Shown here one piece after another: positions 10,673-19,602 of a DNA stretch of 64,000 nt. Source of the DNA: Bdellovibrionota bacterium. Its GTDB lineage: Bacteria > Bdellovibrionota_G > JALEGL01 > DATDPG01. The notes beneath the pieces are model-generated. The model was not told the origin of the DNA. It saw only the letters and a program-made list of their open reading frames with translations, and did no database searches. The stretch's first letter is position 1. Each line of letters opens with the position of its first letter. The stretch covers positions 2,688,001 to 2,752,000 of the forward strand of contig OY764265.1 of the NCBI GenBank assembly GCA_963668355.1, given 5' to 3'. The position numbers and the translations under genes were made by a program.

Positions 10673-12618
10673 TGCGCCCTCTCTAAGTAAGCATAGGTTT
10701 CCTTGGATTCGGGAATTTCCTCTAAACGTTTCGGATAAAGAGGAAGCTGATTGGAAACGTTTTCATACATTTGACTGAGTTCCAGTTTTTTGTTTCCCGT
10801 CAAAGCGTTGGTTAATGCGGATAAAAATTCTAAGGTTTGGAATCCCTTCCTCACAACACGTGTGGAACGTCGAAGGCGCCTCAAGCGTCCAAATGTATTG
10901 GTATACGTCCCCTTCTTTTCCAAAAATGTGTCCAGAGGAATATGCCAATGAGCCCCCTCTACACAGTTTTCATCCTCCGTCGCCATCTGCGCAAAAAGCT
11001 TCATTCCCTTAAAATATTCCGCATATTTCTCAGGTTCATTTACGGAGCCAATCCAAAGAATCCCATCAACCCGGCCTTGCTGGATCTCCTTTTCCAAAAG
11101 CGTGTCGGAAAAGGTTTTATCATCCCATTGATCCAACATGCCCCGCGTATTTGCTCCACTCAAAAGCAGAGAGAATTTCCATCCTTCTGGACAGGATTTA
11201 AACCAATTTCGAATGCCGGATTCCGTTTCGGAGGAAACCCACTGATCGGATATCAGCATGTGCACCTTTCGGGCTTCGCTAAATGCCTCATGGGATTTGG
11301 ATTGGAGTTTCTTGAAAAACTTTTGAATATCTGCCGGAGAATCGGAGACCTCAATATGCCCTTTCCGCACATCTTCGAAGCCCAAAGAGCCACTGCCCAC
11401 CGTGAACAAATCAATTTGTTTTGCGGCCAACATTCTTCTCAACCTCAAGAGCAGGACGGGATGATCTTTTTCGAGATTCTCCCCCGCCAAGATTACTGTG
11501 TCTGCATGATCCAGATCTTTGGGGAAGTGAGCCTCTCGATCGCTGGCCTTTAGAGACGCATAGACCTGATGCAACGCTTCTTTAGGTTGAACAAACAAAC
11601 GGCCTGAAGTTACATCAACCATTTGATGAAGAGCGTAGATCTCTTCATTGGTCAATGTGCTGTCCGCCGCAATCACGAAAGAGCCATCCGAGAGTTTTTG
11701 AATCTCTTCTTTTAAGGTCTCAACATATTCTTCAAGGCTTCCGGTATAACTTTCCCCACTCGTTCTTCTGGGCTCCGTGAGGCGATTCCCTTTCAGATTT
11801 TTCTTTATACTGAATCTCCCACGATCACATAACCACCATTCATTCACTCCCCCTTCCACCCGAGGAGTCATTCGAAGAACATTCAATTTCTTAGTCCAAG
11901 TTTGAACCGAGCAGCCCAAACTGCATTCCCCACAAATGGTATCCACCGTTTTGAGTTCCCAAGGTCTCGCCTGAAATCGAAATTCTCGGCTTGTGAGAGC
12001 CCCCACGGGACAAATGTCTGGAAGATTCCCTGTGAAGCCATTCGTCAGGGGCTTTCCTTCAGGCACAAAGATTTCCGTAACCACCCCACGATTTCGAAAC
12101 TGCAACTCTTCTCGCCCCGTGAGATTTCGTAAAAATCGAACACACCGATTGCAAAGAACACAACGCTCTTTGTCCAGCATGATGTGATCACTGATCACTT
12201 GGTGTTTGTCTTTGTGAACCTTTTCAAATTCCATTCGACTATTGGATTGGCCGGAGTCCAAAGCAAAGTTTTGCAACGGACACTCCCCCCCCTTATCGCA
12301 AATGGGGCAATCCAGGGGGTGGTTCAGAAGAAAGAATTCCATCACCCCTCTTCGAGCCTCTTCCACCTCAGGGGTATTCGTTCGAACGACCAAACCCTCC
12401 TTCACGACAACATTGCAGGATGGTTGGAGATTTCGAAGCCCTTCAACTTCCACCAGACAGAGGCGACAACTTCCCTCGACGCCAATCCCCGGATGATAAC
12501 AAAAATGTGGAATATCGATTCCTTCATTGAGAGCCACTTGAAGAACGTTCTCTCCTTCTGGCGCCTGAACTTCCCGACCGTTCAACGTCAGCTTTACCAT
12601 TTTCTCCGTCATCGCCAC
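10663..12618 (-). CDS. nuoG: NADH-quinone oxidoreductase subunit G
   Basis: CYHP..CRLC, HPLDCPICDKGGEC, CVLCNRC, CPVGAL, CGECSLGC..CDRGR. Confidence 0.92.
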   Translation of the reverse strand: MAMTEKMVKLTLNGREVQAPEGENVLQVALNEGIDIPHFCYHPGIGVEGSCRLCLVEVEGLRNLQPSCNVVVKEGLVVRTNTPEVEEARRGVMEFFLLNHPLDCPICDKGGECPLQNFALDSGQSNSRMEFEKVHKDKHQVISDHIMLDKERCVLCNRCVRFLRNLTGREELQFRNRGVVTEIFVPEGKPLTNGFTGNLPDICPVGALTSREFRFQARPWELKTVDTICGECSLGCSVQTWTKKLNVLRMTPRVEGGVNEWWLCDRGRFSIKKNLKGNRLTEPRRTSGESYTGSLEEYVETLKEEIQKLSDGSFVIAADSTLTNEEIYALHQMVDVTSGRLFVQPKEALHQVYASLKASDREAHFPKDLDHADTVILAGENLEKDHPVLLLRLRRMLAAKQIDLFTVGSGSLGFEDVRKGHIEVSDSPADIQKFFKKLQSKSHEAFSEARKVHMLISDQWVSSETESGIRNWFKSCPEGWKFSLLLSGANTRGMLDQWDDKTFSDTLLEKEIQQGRVDGILWIGSVNEPEKYAEYFKGMKLFAQMATEDENCVEGAHWHIPLDTFLEKKGTYTNTFGRLRRLRRSTRVVRKGFQTLEFLSALTNALTGNKKLELSQMYENVSNQLPLYPKRLEEIPESKETYAYLERAQWR

Positions 12619-12640
12619 TCTCCGAACTTACCCCACACGA

Positions 12641-14398
12641 TCATCGATCACACTCTCCCATCACCGGATCCAAACTCGCCACCGTTGTCACCGCATCCGC
12701 AATCTTTAAACCGGGAAGAACCTCGGATAAGAGTTGAAGGTTTGTAAAAGAGGGGGATTTAATTCGCAGGCGATATGCATTGGGCCCGCCTTCCGAAACA
12801 ACATAAAAGCCCAATTCCCCTTTGGGAGCTTCGATGGAGTGATACGCCTTCTTTCCTGCGGGAGGCATAAAACCACTGCCAATAATTTTAAAATGATAAA
12901 TCAACTCTTCCATGCTCGTAAAAATTCGATCTCGTGGAGGAAGAACCACTCCCGGAACATCCGAATTCAAAGGACCATCGGGCATCTTTTGAATGGCTTG
13001 CCGCACCAACCGAATGGATTGTCGCATTTCAATCATTCGAACCATATAGCGGTCATACGCATCCCCGGCCGTTCCCACAGGGACATCAAAATCCAACTGA
13101 TCATACGCAAGGTAAGGATGATCTTTTCGAAGATCCAGAGGAATACCGGCAGCGCGTGCAATGGGTCCCGTGATCCCATATTGACGACACAGATCCTGAT
13201 TGATCACCCCAATATTCTCCGTTCGATGTACCCAAATGGCATTCTTGTTTAAAAGGGTTTCCGCTTCATCTAAAACCCTCTCAACATTTGGAAGCCAGTC
13301 CAAAATCTCTTGCATCCACCCTTCCGGCATATCTCGGGCCAATCCACCGACGCGAGCATAAGCCGTCAACATTCTGGATCCTGCTAATTTCTCTTGAAGC
13401 GCATAAATATTTTCGCGCTCTTGAAACGTATGGAAAAAGATGGTCGCCGCACCCAGGTCCAAAGCATATGTACCCAAGCTCAATAGATGCGCGGAAAGAC
13501 GTGAAAGTTCACAACATAGGGTTCGAAGCATCTGATTTCGAGGCGTCAACTCAATATCCATCAACTTCTCCACCGCCATCACATAGGCGATGTTGTTGTT
13601 CAGAGCCGCCATATAATCCAAACGATCCGTATAAGGAATGAATTGGTGATAGGTTCGGTTCTCTCCCAACTTTTCAAAACCACGGTGTAAATAACCTACA
13701 TGAGGATGCGCCTTAACGATGGTCTCCCCATCAACCTCCAATACCAAGCGCAACACGCCGTGTGTACTTGGATGGGAAGGTCCCATATTGATAATCATCG
13801 TCTGTTTTTGGGTCGGTTTCTCGTCCGTCGGAAGCGTCGTCAGCTCAACATCCGGCACATACCCTTGGGCCCGAGAAACCAAATTGATTTTTCCACTGGC
13901 TTGCGCTTGTTTTTGAATTTGCATCAAGCCTTGAAGAACCCCTTCCGGCCTAGGAGGGCAACCGGGAACATAGACATCCACTGGAATCACATGATCCAAG
14001 CCCTGAACAACCGGATAGCTATCAAACATGCCTCCCGTAATCAGACATGCGCCCATCGCCATGACCCATTTGGGTTCTGGCATTTGGTCGTAAATCTGAC
14101 GAACCGCCGGAGCCATCTTCTTGGTTAACGTGCCGGCAACAATCATGAGGTCGGCTTGGCGAGGAGAAAATCGAAGCGCTTCAGAACCGAATCGAGCGGC
14201 ATCATATTTCGACGCCACAAAAGCCATCATTTCAATCGCGCAACAAGAAATCCCCATTGGCATCGGCCACAAAGAATTTTTTCGTCCCCAATTGATGAGA
14301 TCAGCTACGCGAGTCGTAAAAATTTCCACGCCGCCTTCACCTTTTTTGGCGGTCCCCTCTTTTTGAATGGGGATGTGGCTTGGAAGTTCCTGTTTCAT
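12641..14398 (-). CDS. Fused NADH-quinone oxidoreductase subunit B/D (no C domain)
   Basis: N-terminal NuoB (SCCAIE, GCPPRPE), short linker, then NuoD ([32 protein letters not shown]); alternative start at 14428. Confidence 0.92.
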   Translation of the reverse strand: MKQELPSHIPIQKEGTAKKGEGGVEIFTTRVADLINWGRKNSLWPMPMGISCCAIEMMAFVASKYDAARFGSEALRFSPRQADLMIVAGTLTKKMAPAVRQIYDQMPEPKWVMAMGACLITGGMFDSYPVVQGLDHVIPVDVYVPGCPPRPEGVLQGLMQIQKQAQASGKINLVSRAQGYVPDVELTTLPTDEKPTQKQTMIINMGPSHPSTHGVLRLVLEVDGETIVKAHPHVGYLHRGFEKLGENRTYHQFIPYTDRLDYMAALNNNIAYVMAVEKLMDIELTPRNQMLRTLCCELSRLSAHLLSLGTYALDLGAATIFFHTFQERENIYALQEKLAGSRMLTAYARVGGLARDMPEGWMQEILDWLPNVERVLDEAETLLNKNAIWVHRTENIGVINQDLCRQYGITGPIARAAGIPLDLRKDHPYLAYDQLDFDVPVGTAGDAYDRYMVRMIEMRQSIRLVRQAIQKMPDGPLNSDVPGVVLPPRDRIFTSMEELIYHFKIIGSGFMPPAGKKAYHSIEAPKGELGFYVVSEGGPNAYRLRIKSPSFTNLQLLSEVLPGLKIADAVTTVASLDPVMGECDR

Positions 14399-14457
14399 GA
14401 GAGCGTATTGATACGCGAATCCAAACAACTCGACAACCCCCCAATATCAAAAGAAAA

Positions 14458-14979
14458 TCACTTTACTTGCGGGGGAGCGTTGGTCCGAAAAATGTTCCTT
14501 CCAACCGGAATCCTTGGAAGCAAATCTTCGGGAGATAACGACCCCACAAAGGCCTCTTTCTCTGATACCAAGAGGGTGCCCTTCCGATCTCCAGACGAAT
14601 TTCGCAAAATCTTAAAAGAGGTTCCCACGATATCGACGCATCCTCCGGTCCGAAGATGGTGGGAGATCATGGGCGATTTCACACCGCACAACCCGGCGAT
14701 CTCCCCCCTGGACGGCAATCGGTTTAAGTCCAGCAAGTCGTCTTCATGCGCCCACACCTCAACTCGGAACCGACTGGCCAACTCAGCAGCCCGAGCGGCC
14801 TCCGACAAGTTTCCAGACAACAAGAAAATTCCCTTTAAAGAAAGATCTTTATGACTAAGTTCTTCAAGCAAAAATTGAATTTTTTGGCCCGAGTTGACGA
14901 GAACGGCCTCCTGAGAATCGGGAGAAACGCATAGATATGAAACGTGCCTCCAGTCGCCAGCATGTAAGGGAAGAATCAT
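14458..14979 (-). CDS. Degenerate metallo-beta-lactamase-fold (glyoxalase II/YcbL-like) protein
   Basis: Scaffold matches by eye (SYL, EAVLVNSG, LKGIFL, VWAHEDD) but HxHxDH is absent. Confidence 0.6.
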   Translation of the reverse strand: MILPLHAGDWRHVSYLCVSPDSQEAVLVNSGQKIQFLLEELSHKDLSLKGIFLLSGNLSEAARAAELASRFRVEVWAHEDDLLDLNRLPSRGEIAGLCGVKSPMISHHLRTGGCVDIVGTSFKILRNSSGDRKGTLLVSEKEAFVGSLSPEDLLPRIPVGRNIFRTNAPPQVK

Positions 14980-15021
14980 GGAAGAACTTTACCAGAATCT
15001 CGCAACTGTTAAGAAGGGGGC

Positions 15022-16053
15022 ATGAAAGCTCTTCAATACAAAAACCACGGTGGACCGGAAGTCATTCAAATGGTGGACGTTCCAGAGCCCTCCCCCAAAT
15101 CCCACGAACTTTTGATCCGAATCGAAGCAACCAGCCTCAACCACCTGGATATTCATGTTCGAAGAGGCCTTCCAGGCGTCAAAATTCCCCTTCCCCATAT
15201 CCCCGGTTGCGACGGGGCCGGTGTAATCGAGGCCGTCGGAAGCCAAGTTGAAGGCTGGGAACCTGGACAACGTGTGGTGATCGACCCAAGTTTGTCCTGT
15301 GGAAATTGTGATCGCTGCCATGAGGGCGACATTAGCTCCTGTCATCAATACAAAATCATAGGAGAACACACCGACGGGACCTGTGCTGAAAAAATCGTGA
15401 TTCCCGCACAAAACGCCGTTCGACTTCCAGATCGTTTTGAGGCCAAAACGGCTGCTGCGGCCGGTCTGGTTTTCCTTACGGCTTGGCATATGGTCGTCAC
15501 CAAAGGACAGGTAAAACCAGGAGACTGTGTTCTTGTGATGGGAGCGGGAAGCGGCGTCAGCATGGCCGCCATTCAAATCGCAAAACGGATCGGAGCCGAG
15601 GTCATCACAACCGCTGGAAGCACTGAAAAGGCCAACAAAGCTAAGGATTTACTCGGAGTTTCAGAAGTTATTCTTTACCAAGAGGAGTCCATTGATCGAG
15701 CCATTCGAAAACTCACTTCCAAGCGTGGCGTGGATGTCATCATTGACCATGTTGGGGGGGAGCAATGGATTCCTCTTCTTCGCTCTCTTCGGAACGGAGG
15801 CACCTTGGTAACATGCGGGTGCACAGCTGGATATGAACCCAAAGAGGATCTCCGCCAAATTTTCTTTCGGCAGCTTCGAATCTTGGGATCTACCATGGGA
15901 AATCATTCGGAATTCAAGAAAGTTATGGCTTTGGTTTTCAACCAACAGTTAAACCCTATCCTGGATTCGGAATATGCCTTCGAAGACATGGCTAATGCTC
16001 AAAAACGGATGGAGGAACGAAAATCCTTCGGCAAAATCGTCTTAACTCCCTAG
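15022..16053 (+). CDS. Zinc-binding alcohol dehydrogenase/MDR family oxidoreductase
   Basis: LNHLD, PHIPGCDGAG, CGNCDRC..C, GAGSGV motifs. Confidence 0.9.
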   Translation: MKALQYKNHGGPEVIQMVDVPEPSPKSHELLIRIEATSLNHLDIHVRRGLPGVKIPLPHIPGCDGAGVIEAVGSQVEGWEPGQRVVIDPSLSCGNCDRCHEGDISSCHQYKIIGEHTDGTCAEKIVIPAQNAVRLPDRFEAKTAAAAGLVFLTAWHMVVTKGQVKPGDCVLVMGAGSGVSMAAIQIAKRIGAEVITTAGSTEKANKAKDLLGVSEVILYQEESIDRAIRKLTSKRGVDVIIDHVGGEQWIPLLRSLRNGGTLVTCGCTAGYEPKEDLRQIFFRQLRILGSTMGNHSEFKKVMALVFNQQLNPILDSEYAFEDMANAQKRMEERKSFGKIVLTP

Positions 16054-16055
16054 AT

Positions 16056-16177
16056 GGGAGTGTTGAATAACTGAAGGGTTTGGGGGGGGTCGGAAGTGTT
16101 TCGTTTTCTCCGTCGAATGGCTCCCGCGACTTCAGACTTCTCACTTCTGAGGATTTTCGTAGTTATTCAACGGCGCC
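16056..16177. mobile_element. 122-bp MITE-like element
   Basis: Imperfect 17-bp terminal inverted repeats GGGAGTGTTGAATAACT / AGTTATTCAACGGCGCC with 11-bp perfect core, flanked by direct repeat TAGAT. Confidence 0.7.
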
Positions 16178-16195
16178 TAGATCAGAAATCCGAAT

Positions 16196-16240
16196 AAAAA
16201 AATGGCACCTGCTCGCATGGCGGTGCAAACAAGTGCCATC
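16196..16240 (-). terminator. Rho-independent terminator of the lipoprotein gene
   Basis: ATGGCAC...GTGCCAT stem preceded by an A-run (U-tract on the minus strand). Confidence 0.65.
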
Positions 16241-16263
16241 ATCGTATGGAGGTTAAAAAACGA

Positions 16264-16944
16264 TTATTTGGAGCCAATCAAATCGATTTCATAAATCAAT
16301 CCTGGAGGAATCTCTCCTTTTCCAGGTTCGACTTGTTTGAAGGTAAACTCTGAGGCATTACCAAAAGAATCAGCTGTAAGTTTCAACAACCCTTTGTCTT
16401 TTTCCGTCTGTTCAAATTCGAAATTTAAGGTTTCGAATTCCCAGTTTCCCCAGGAATCAACTTTGAGTTTTCCTGCCGGACGAATCGATTTTTCGGATTC
16501 TCCCAGTTTGACGCGAAGGCTTTTAAACGACCAGGTTTTTCCAAACAACCCCTCTTCTTGGTTCTCTGTTCGCAGCGTAATTGCGTCTGGCTTGGCCTTG
16601 GATCGATCTTCTGAATTCAACTCTTTCAAACAAGCTTGGACCAATCCTTGAAAGGGGTATTCGTTACCTTCAGGCTTTCTCCATCGAATCTCTAGATCTT
16701 CATCCTTTTCCAATAGATGAGCTCGAATGGGTCCCTTCTCAATCACTATCGACGCAAGCACCCTCTCCGGATCTCCCTGTCCCCTGGTTTGAGCTTGGGC
16801 TGAGGCTCTCGTTTCGGCACCTTGTTCGGTTCCGTCTTCAGCATCTCCACCGTCTGGCTTCTGTGCCTGTTTCACGCCGCCACAGGCCACGGTCAAAGAA
16901 AGCGCCATCAACATAATTAAACTGGTTTTCCACAAAGTATTCAT
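16264..16944 (-). CDS. Lipoprotein of unknown function
   Basis: Lipobox TVAC; AAGGAG RBS upstream of ATG at 16944/16950. Confidence 0.8.
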   Translation of the reverse strand: MNTLWKTSLIMLMALSLTVACGGVKQAQKPDGGDAEDGTEQGAETRASAQAQTRGQGDPERVLASIVIEKGPIRAHLLEKDEDLEIRWRKPEGNEYPFQGLVQACLKELNSEDRSKAKPDAITLRTENQEEGLFGKTWSFKSLRVKLGESEKSIRPAGKLKVDSWGNWEFETLNFEFEQTEKDKGLLKLTADSFGNASEFTFKQVEPGKGEIPPGLIYEIDLIGSK

Positions 16945-16975
16945 CAGCATTTTCTCCTTGTGCAACCGTCAAAAA

Positions 16976-17019
16976 AGCAAAGACCGGGCCAAAAAGAATG
17001 AAATTTTAACTGGTTGATT
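16976..17019 (-). promoter_or_regulatory. Sigma54 (-24/-12) promoter with upstream IHF site
   Basis: TGGCCC-GGTCT-TTGCT (16991-16976) and AATCAACCAGTTA (17019-17007), a match to WATCAANNNNTTR. Confidence 0.7.
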
Positions 17020-17204
17020 TTTCAGGATTTCTCTTTGGAGACCCTTCTAAGTGGATGGAAACAACGCCCCTTCAAGTCCCCAAATGCGTCCCCCACGTCC
17101 CGAAAAAGTTTCCTTTGGGAATAAGGGTTTACAGTTCCTCGAAGAACCGTTACCAAGAACCCCAACATTCATGTAGGCCAAAACCTACCTGGGAGGGTAT
17201 TGAT

Positions 17205-18182
17205 ATGAGCGGACATCCCATTACAGACTTTATTCAACAGCATTTTCGGCATTTTAATGCCGCCGCATTGGTCGATGCCGCAGAGGCCTATAATGATCAA
17301 CTCAAACGGGGAAACAAAATGTTTCTCACGCTCGCTGGGGCCATGAGCACGGCCGAGTTGGGCATTTCTTTGGCCGAAATGATTCGGCAAGAGAAGGTTC
17401 ATGCCATTAGCTGCACGGGAGCCAACCTGGAGGAGGACATCTTCAATTTGGTGGCCCATGACCATTATAAACGGGTTCCGCATTACCGAGATCTCACGCC
17501 CAAGCAAGAAAACGAGCTCCTGGAAAATCACCTCAACCGGGTAACGGACACCTGCATTCCCGAAGAGGAAGCCATGAGACGAGTCGAACGAACCGTCTTG
17601 GAGTACTGGCAAAAGGCTGAAAAAGAAGGAAAAAGAAAGCTCCCCCATGAGTTTCTTTATGCAGTTCTTAGAGATGGCCAACTGAAAAAGCATTATCAAA
17701 TTGATCCGAAAAACAGTTGGATGATTGCGGCAGCCGAGAAGAACCTACCCATCTTCACACCCGGCTGGGAAGACTCCACTTTGGGCAACATCTTTACGGC
17801 CAATGTCATGAGCGAAAAGCTCAAGGGATACTCGTGCATGGCCTCCGGATTGGAAGCCATGGAGGCCTTGGCCAAGTGGTACACCGAAACGGCTCAATCC
17901 CACAAAATCGGCTTCTTTCAAATTGGAGGAGGCATTGCGGGAGACTTTCCCATTTGTGCCGTCCCCATGCTTCGACAAGATCTTAAAAGGGCCCAAACGC
18001 CGCATTGGTCCTATTTCTGCCAAATCAGCGACTCCACCACGAGCTACGGTTCCTACTCCGGAGCGGTCCCCAATGAAAAAATCACATGGGACAAATTGGA
18101 CGCCGACACGCCCAAATTCATCATCGAGTCTGATGCTTCCATTGTCGCTCCGCTGGTTTTTGCCTACGTGCTTGGATGGTAA
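17205..18182 (+). CDS. Deoxyhypusine synthase family protein (bacterial DHS-like)
   Basis: LAGAMSTA, TGANLEED, PGWEDST, SGAVPNEKITWDK, SDASIVAP. Confidence 0.9.
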   Translation: MSGHPITDFIQQHFRHFNAAALVDAAEAYNDQLKRGNKMFLTLAGAMSTAELGISLAEMIRQEKVHAISCTGANLEEDIFNLVAHDHYKRVPHYRDLTPKQENELLENHLNRVTDTCIPEEEAMRRVERTVLEYWQKAEKEGKRKLPHEFLYAVLRDGQLKKHYQIDPKNSWMIAAAEKNLPIFTPGWEDSTLGNIFTANVMSEKLKGYSCMASGLEAMEALAKWYTETAQSHKIGFFQIGGGIAGDFPICAVPMLRQDLKRAQTPHWSYFCQISDSTTSYGSYSGAVPNEKITWDKLDADTPKFIIESDASIVAPLVFAYVLGW

Positions 18183-18955
18183 AACCACTCTTAAGCTTTG
18201 CGCTGTTGTGCTTGTTTTATAGCCAGGCACACGCGCTTGCCTCAGAACCCAAAGAATTCAGACAGGTCATGAAGGCGCATGGCGGAAAATCCGAATTCTA
18301 TCGCATGCGGGATGTCCAATTCATACGCCAAGTATGTACGCCTCCTTCTTCAAATAAATGTTCGCGTATCTTGGAAAGATTTCTGTTTGAGGATGAGAAA
18401 TCCTTCGGAGAATATGTGTCCGATCCGCCTCCCCATCGCAAAGAATGGTTCGACGGAAACTCCATCCGCATCACTCAGCCCAAGCCTTCTCCGAAAACGC
18501 TCAAGGCCGCTCGAATTCGACGACAGGCCTCCTACTGGTGGTTTTCCCTGCCCTTTAAGCTCGGAGACGACGGACTCCAAACCCAGAGGCGAAAGCCAAG
18601 AACTCTGGAAGGAACCCCCTACCGGATTTTAGAACTCCGTTTTAAACCGGGGGTCGGACATGCCTCTGACACCTACCTAATCTACCTGGACCCTCAAAAC
18701 CTCATCCGATGGGTCCATTTTACGCAGCATGAACTTCGTCCCAACCAATGGTTTCTCATGAAAATGGAACTCCATGAAGTCAGTGGAATCCAATTATTTT
18801 CCAAACGGACTCTCTTTGAGTCGAATGAAAAAGGGGAATTGGGAAAGGTTATGGAAGCGCACACGTTAAGCCAAATCCAATTCTGGAACGGGTTCACAGA
18901 ACAAGACTTTGTTCCACCCAAGCTTCATCAAGAACCCTTTTCTTTTTATGAATAA
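18176..18955 (+). CDS. Secreted hypothetical protein (DUF6503-like)
   Basis: Signal peptide; AHGG and YWWFSLPFKLGD motifs. Confidence 0.65.
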   Translation: MVKPLLSFALLCLFYSQAHALASEPKEFRQVMKAHGGKSEFYRMRDVQFIRQVCTPPSSNKCSRILERFLFEDEKSFGEYVSDPPPHRKEWFDGNSIRITQPKPSPKTLKAARIRRQASYWWFSLPFKLGDDGLQTQRRKPRTLEGTPYRILELRFKPGVGHASDTYLIYLDPQNLIRWVHFTQHELRPNQWFLMKMELHEVSGIQLFSKRTLFESNEKGELGKVMEAHTLSQIQFWNGFTEQDFVPPKLHQEPFSFYE

Positions 18956-19602
18956 TCCGCCGAAGGACAGTTCGCAGCCAAAACACACTCCCCGCATCGT
19001 GGCTTGATCGCCTTGCAAACCTTCCGACCATGCCAAATCAAACGATGAGAAATCATCGTCCATTCCTTTCGAGAAACCAAAGCCATCAAGTCTTTCTCCA
19101 CCTTCACGGGATCTTTGTGTTCTGAAAACCCCATGCGTCGGGAAAGCCTTCCAACATGTGTATCGACGACCACACCTTCATTTTTTCCAAAGGCCGTGCC
19201 CAAAATGACGTTGGCGGTTTTTCGCCCCACTCCGGGCAATTCCACCAATGCTTCCATCGTATTTGGAACCTTCCCTTTGTGATCTTTCCAGACTTTTTCC
19301 GCCGCCCCTTGAATGGATTTGGCTTTGTTTCGAAAAAATCCGGTTGAGCGAATCAATTCCTCAATCTCCTCTCGAGGAACCGTGGCAAAATCTTTGGGCG
19401 TTCGAAATTTTTGGAATAAATCGGGAGTCACCTTGTTCACTCTTTCGTCTGTGCACTGAGCCGAGAGAATCGTTGAAACCAACAATTGCCACGGATTATC
19501 ATGGAGCAACGCACACTCCACATCGGGATATTCTTTTGCCAAGCCCTTCAAGAGCTTCTTCTTGAAATCCCCAGAATTTGATTTAACTACGCGCTTGGGC
19601 AA
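18946..19602 (-). CDS. nth: Endonuclease III
   Basis: LSAQCTD, LPGVGRKTA, VDTHV, CKAIKPRCGEC..C. Confidence 0.97.
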   Translation of the reverse strand: MPKRVVKSNSGDFKKKLLKGLAKEYPDVECALLHDNPWQLLVSTILSAQCTDERVNKVTPDLFQKFRTPKDFATVPREEIEELIRSTGFFRNKAKSIQGAAEKVWKDHKGKVPNTMEALVELPGVGRKTANVILGTAFGKNEGVVVDTHVGRLSRRMGFSEHKDPVKVEKDLMALVSRKEWTMISHRLIWHGRKVCKAIKPRCGECVLAANCPSADYS

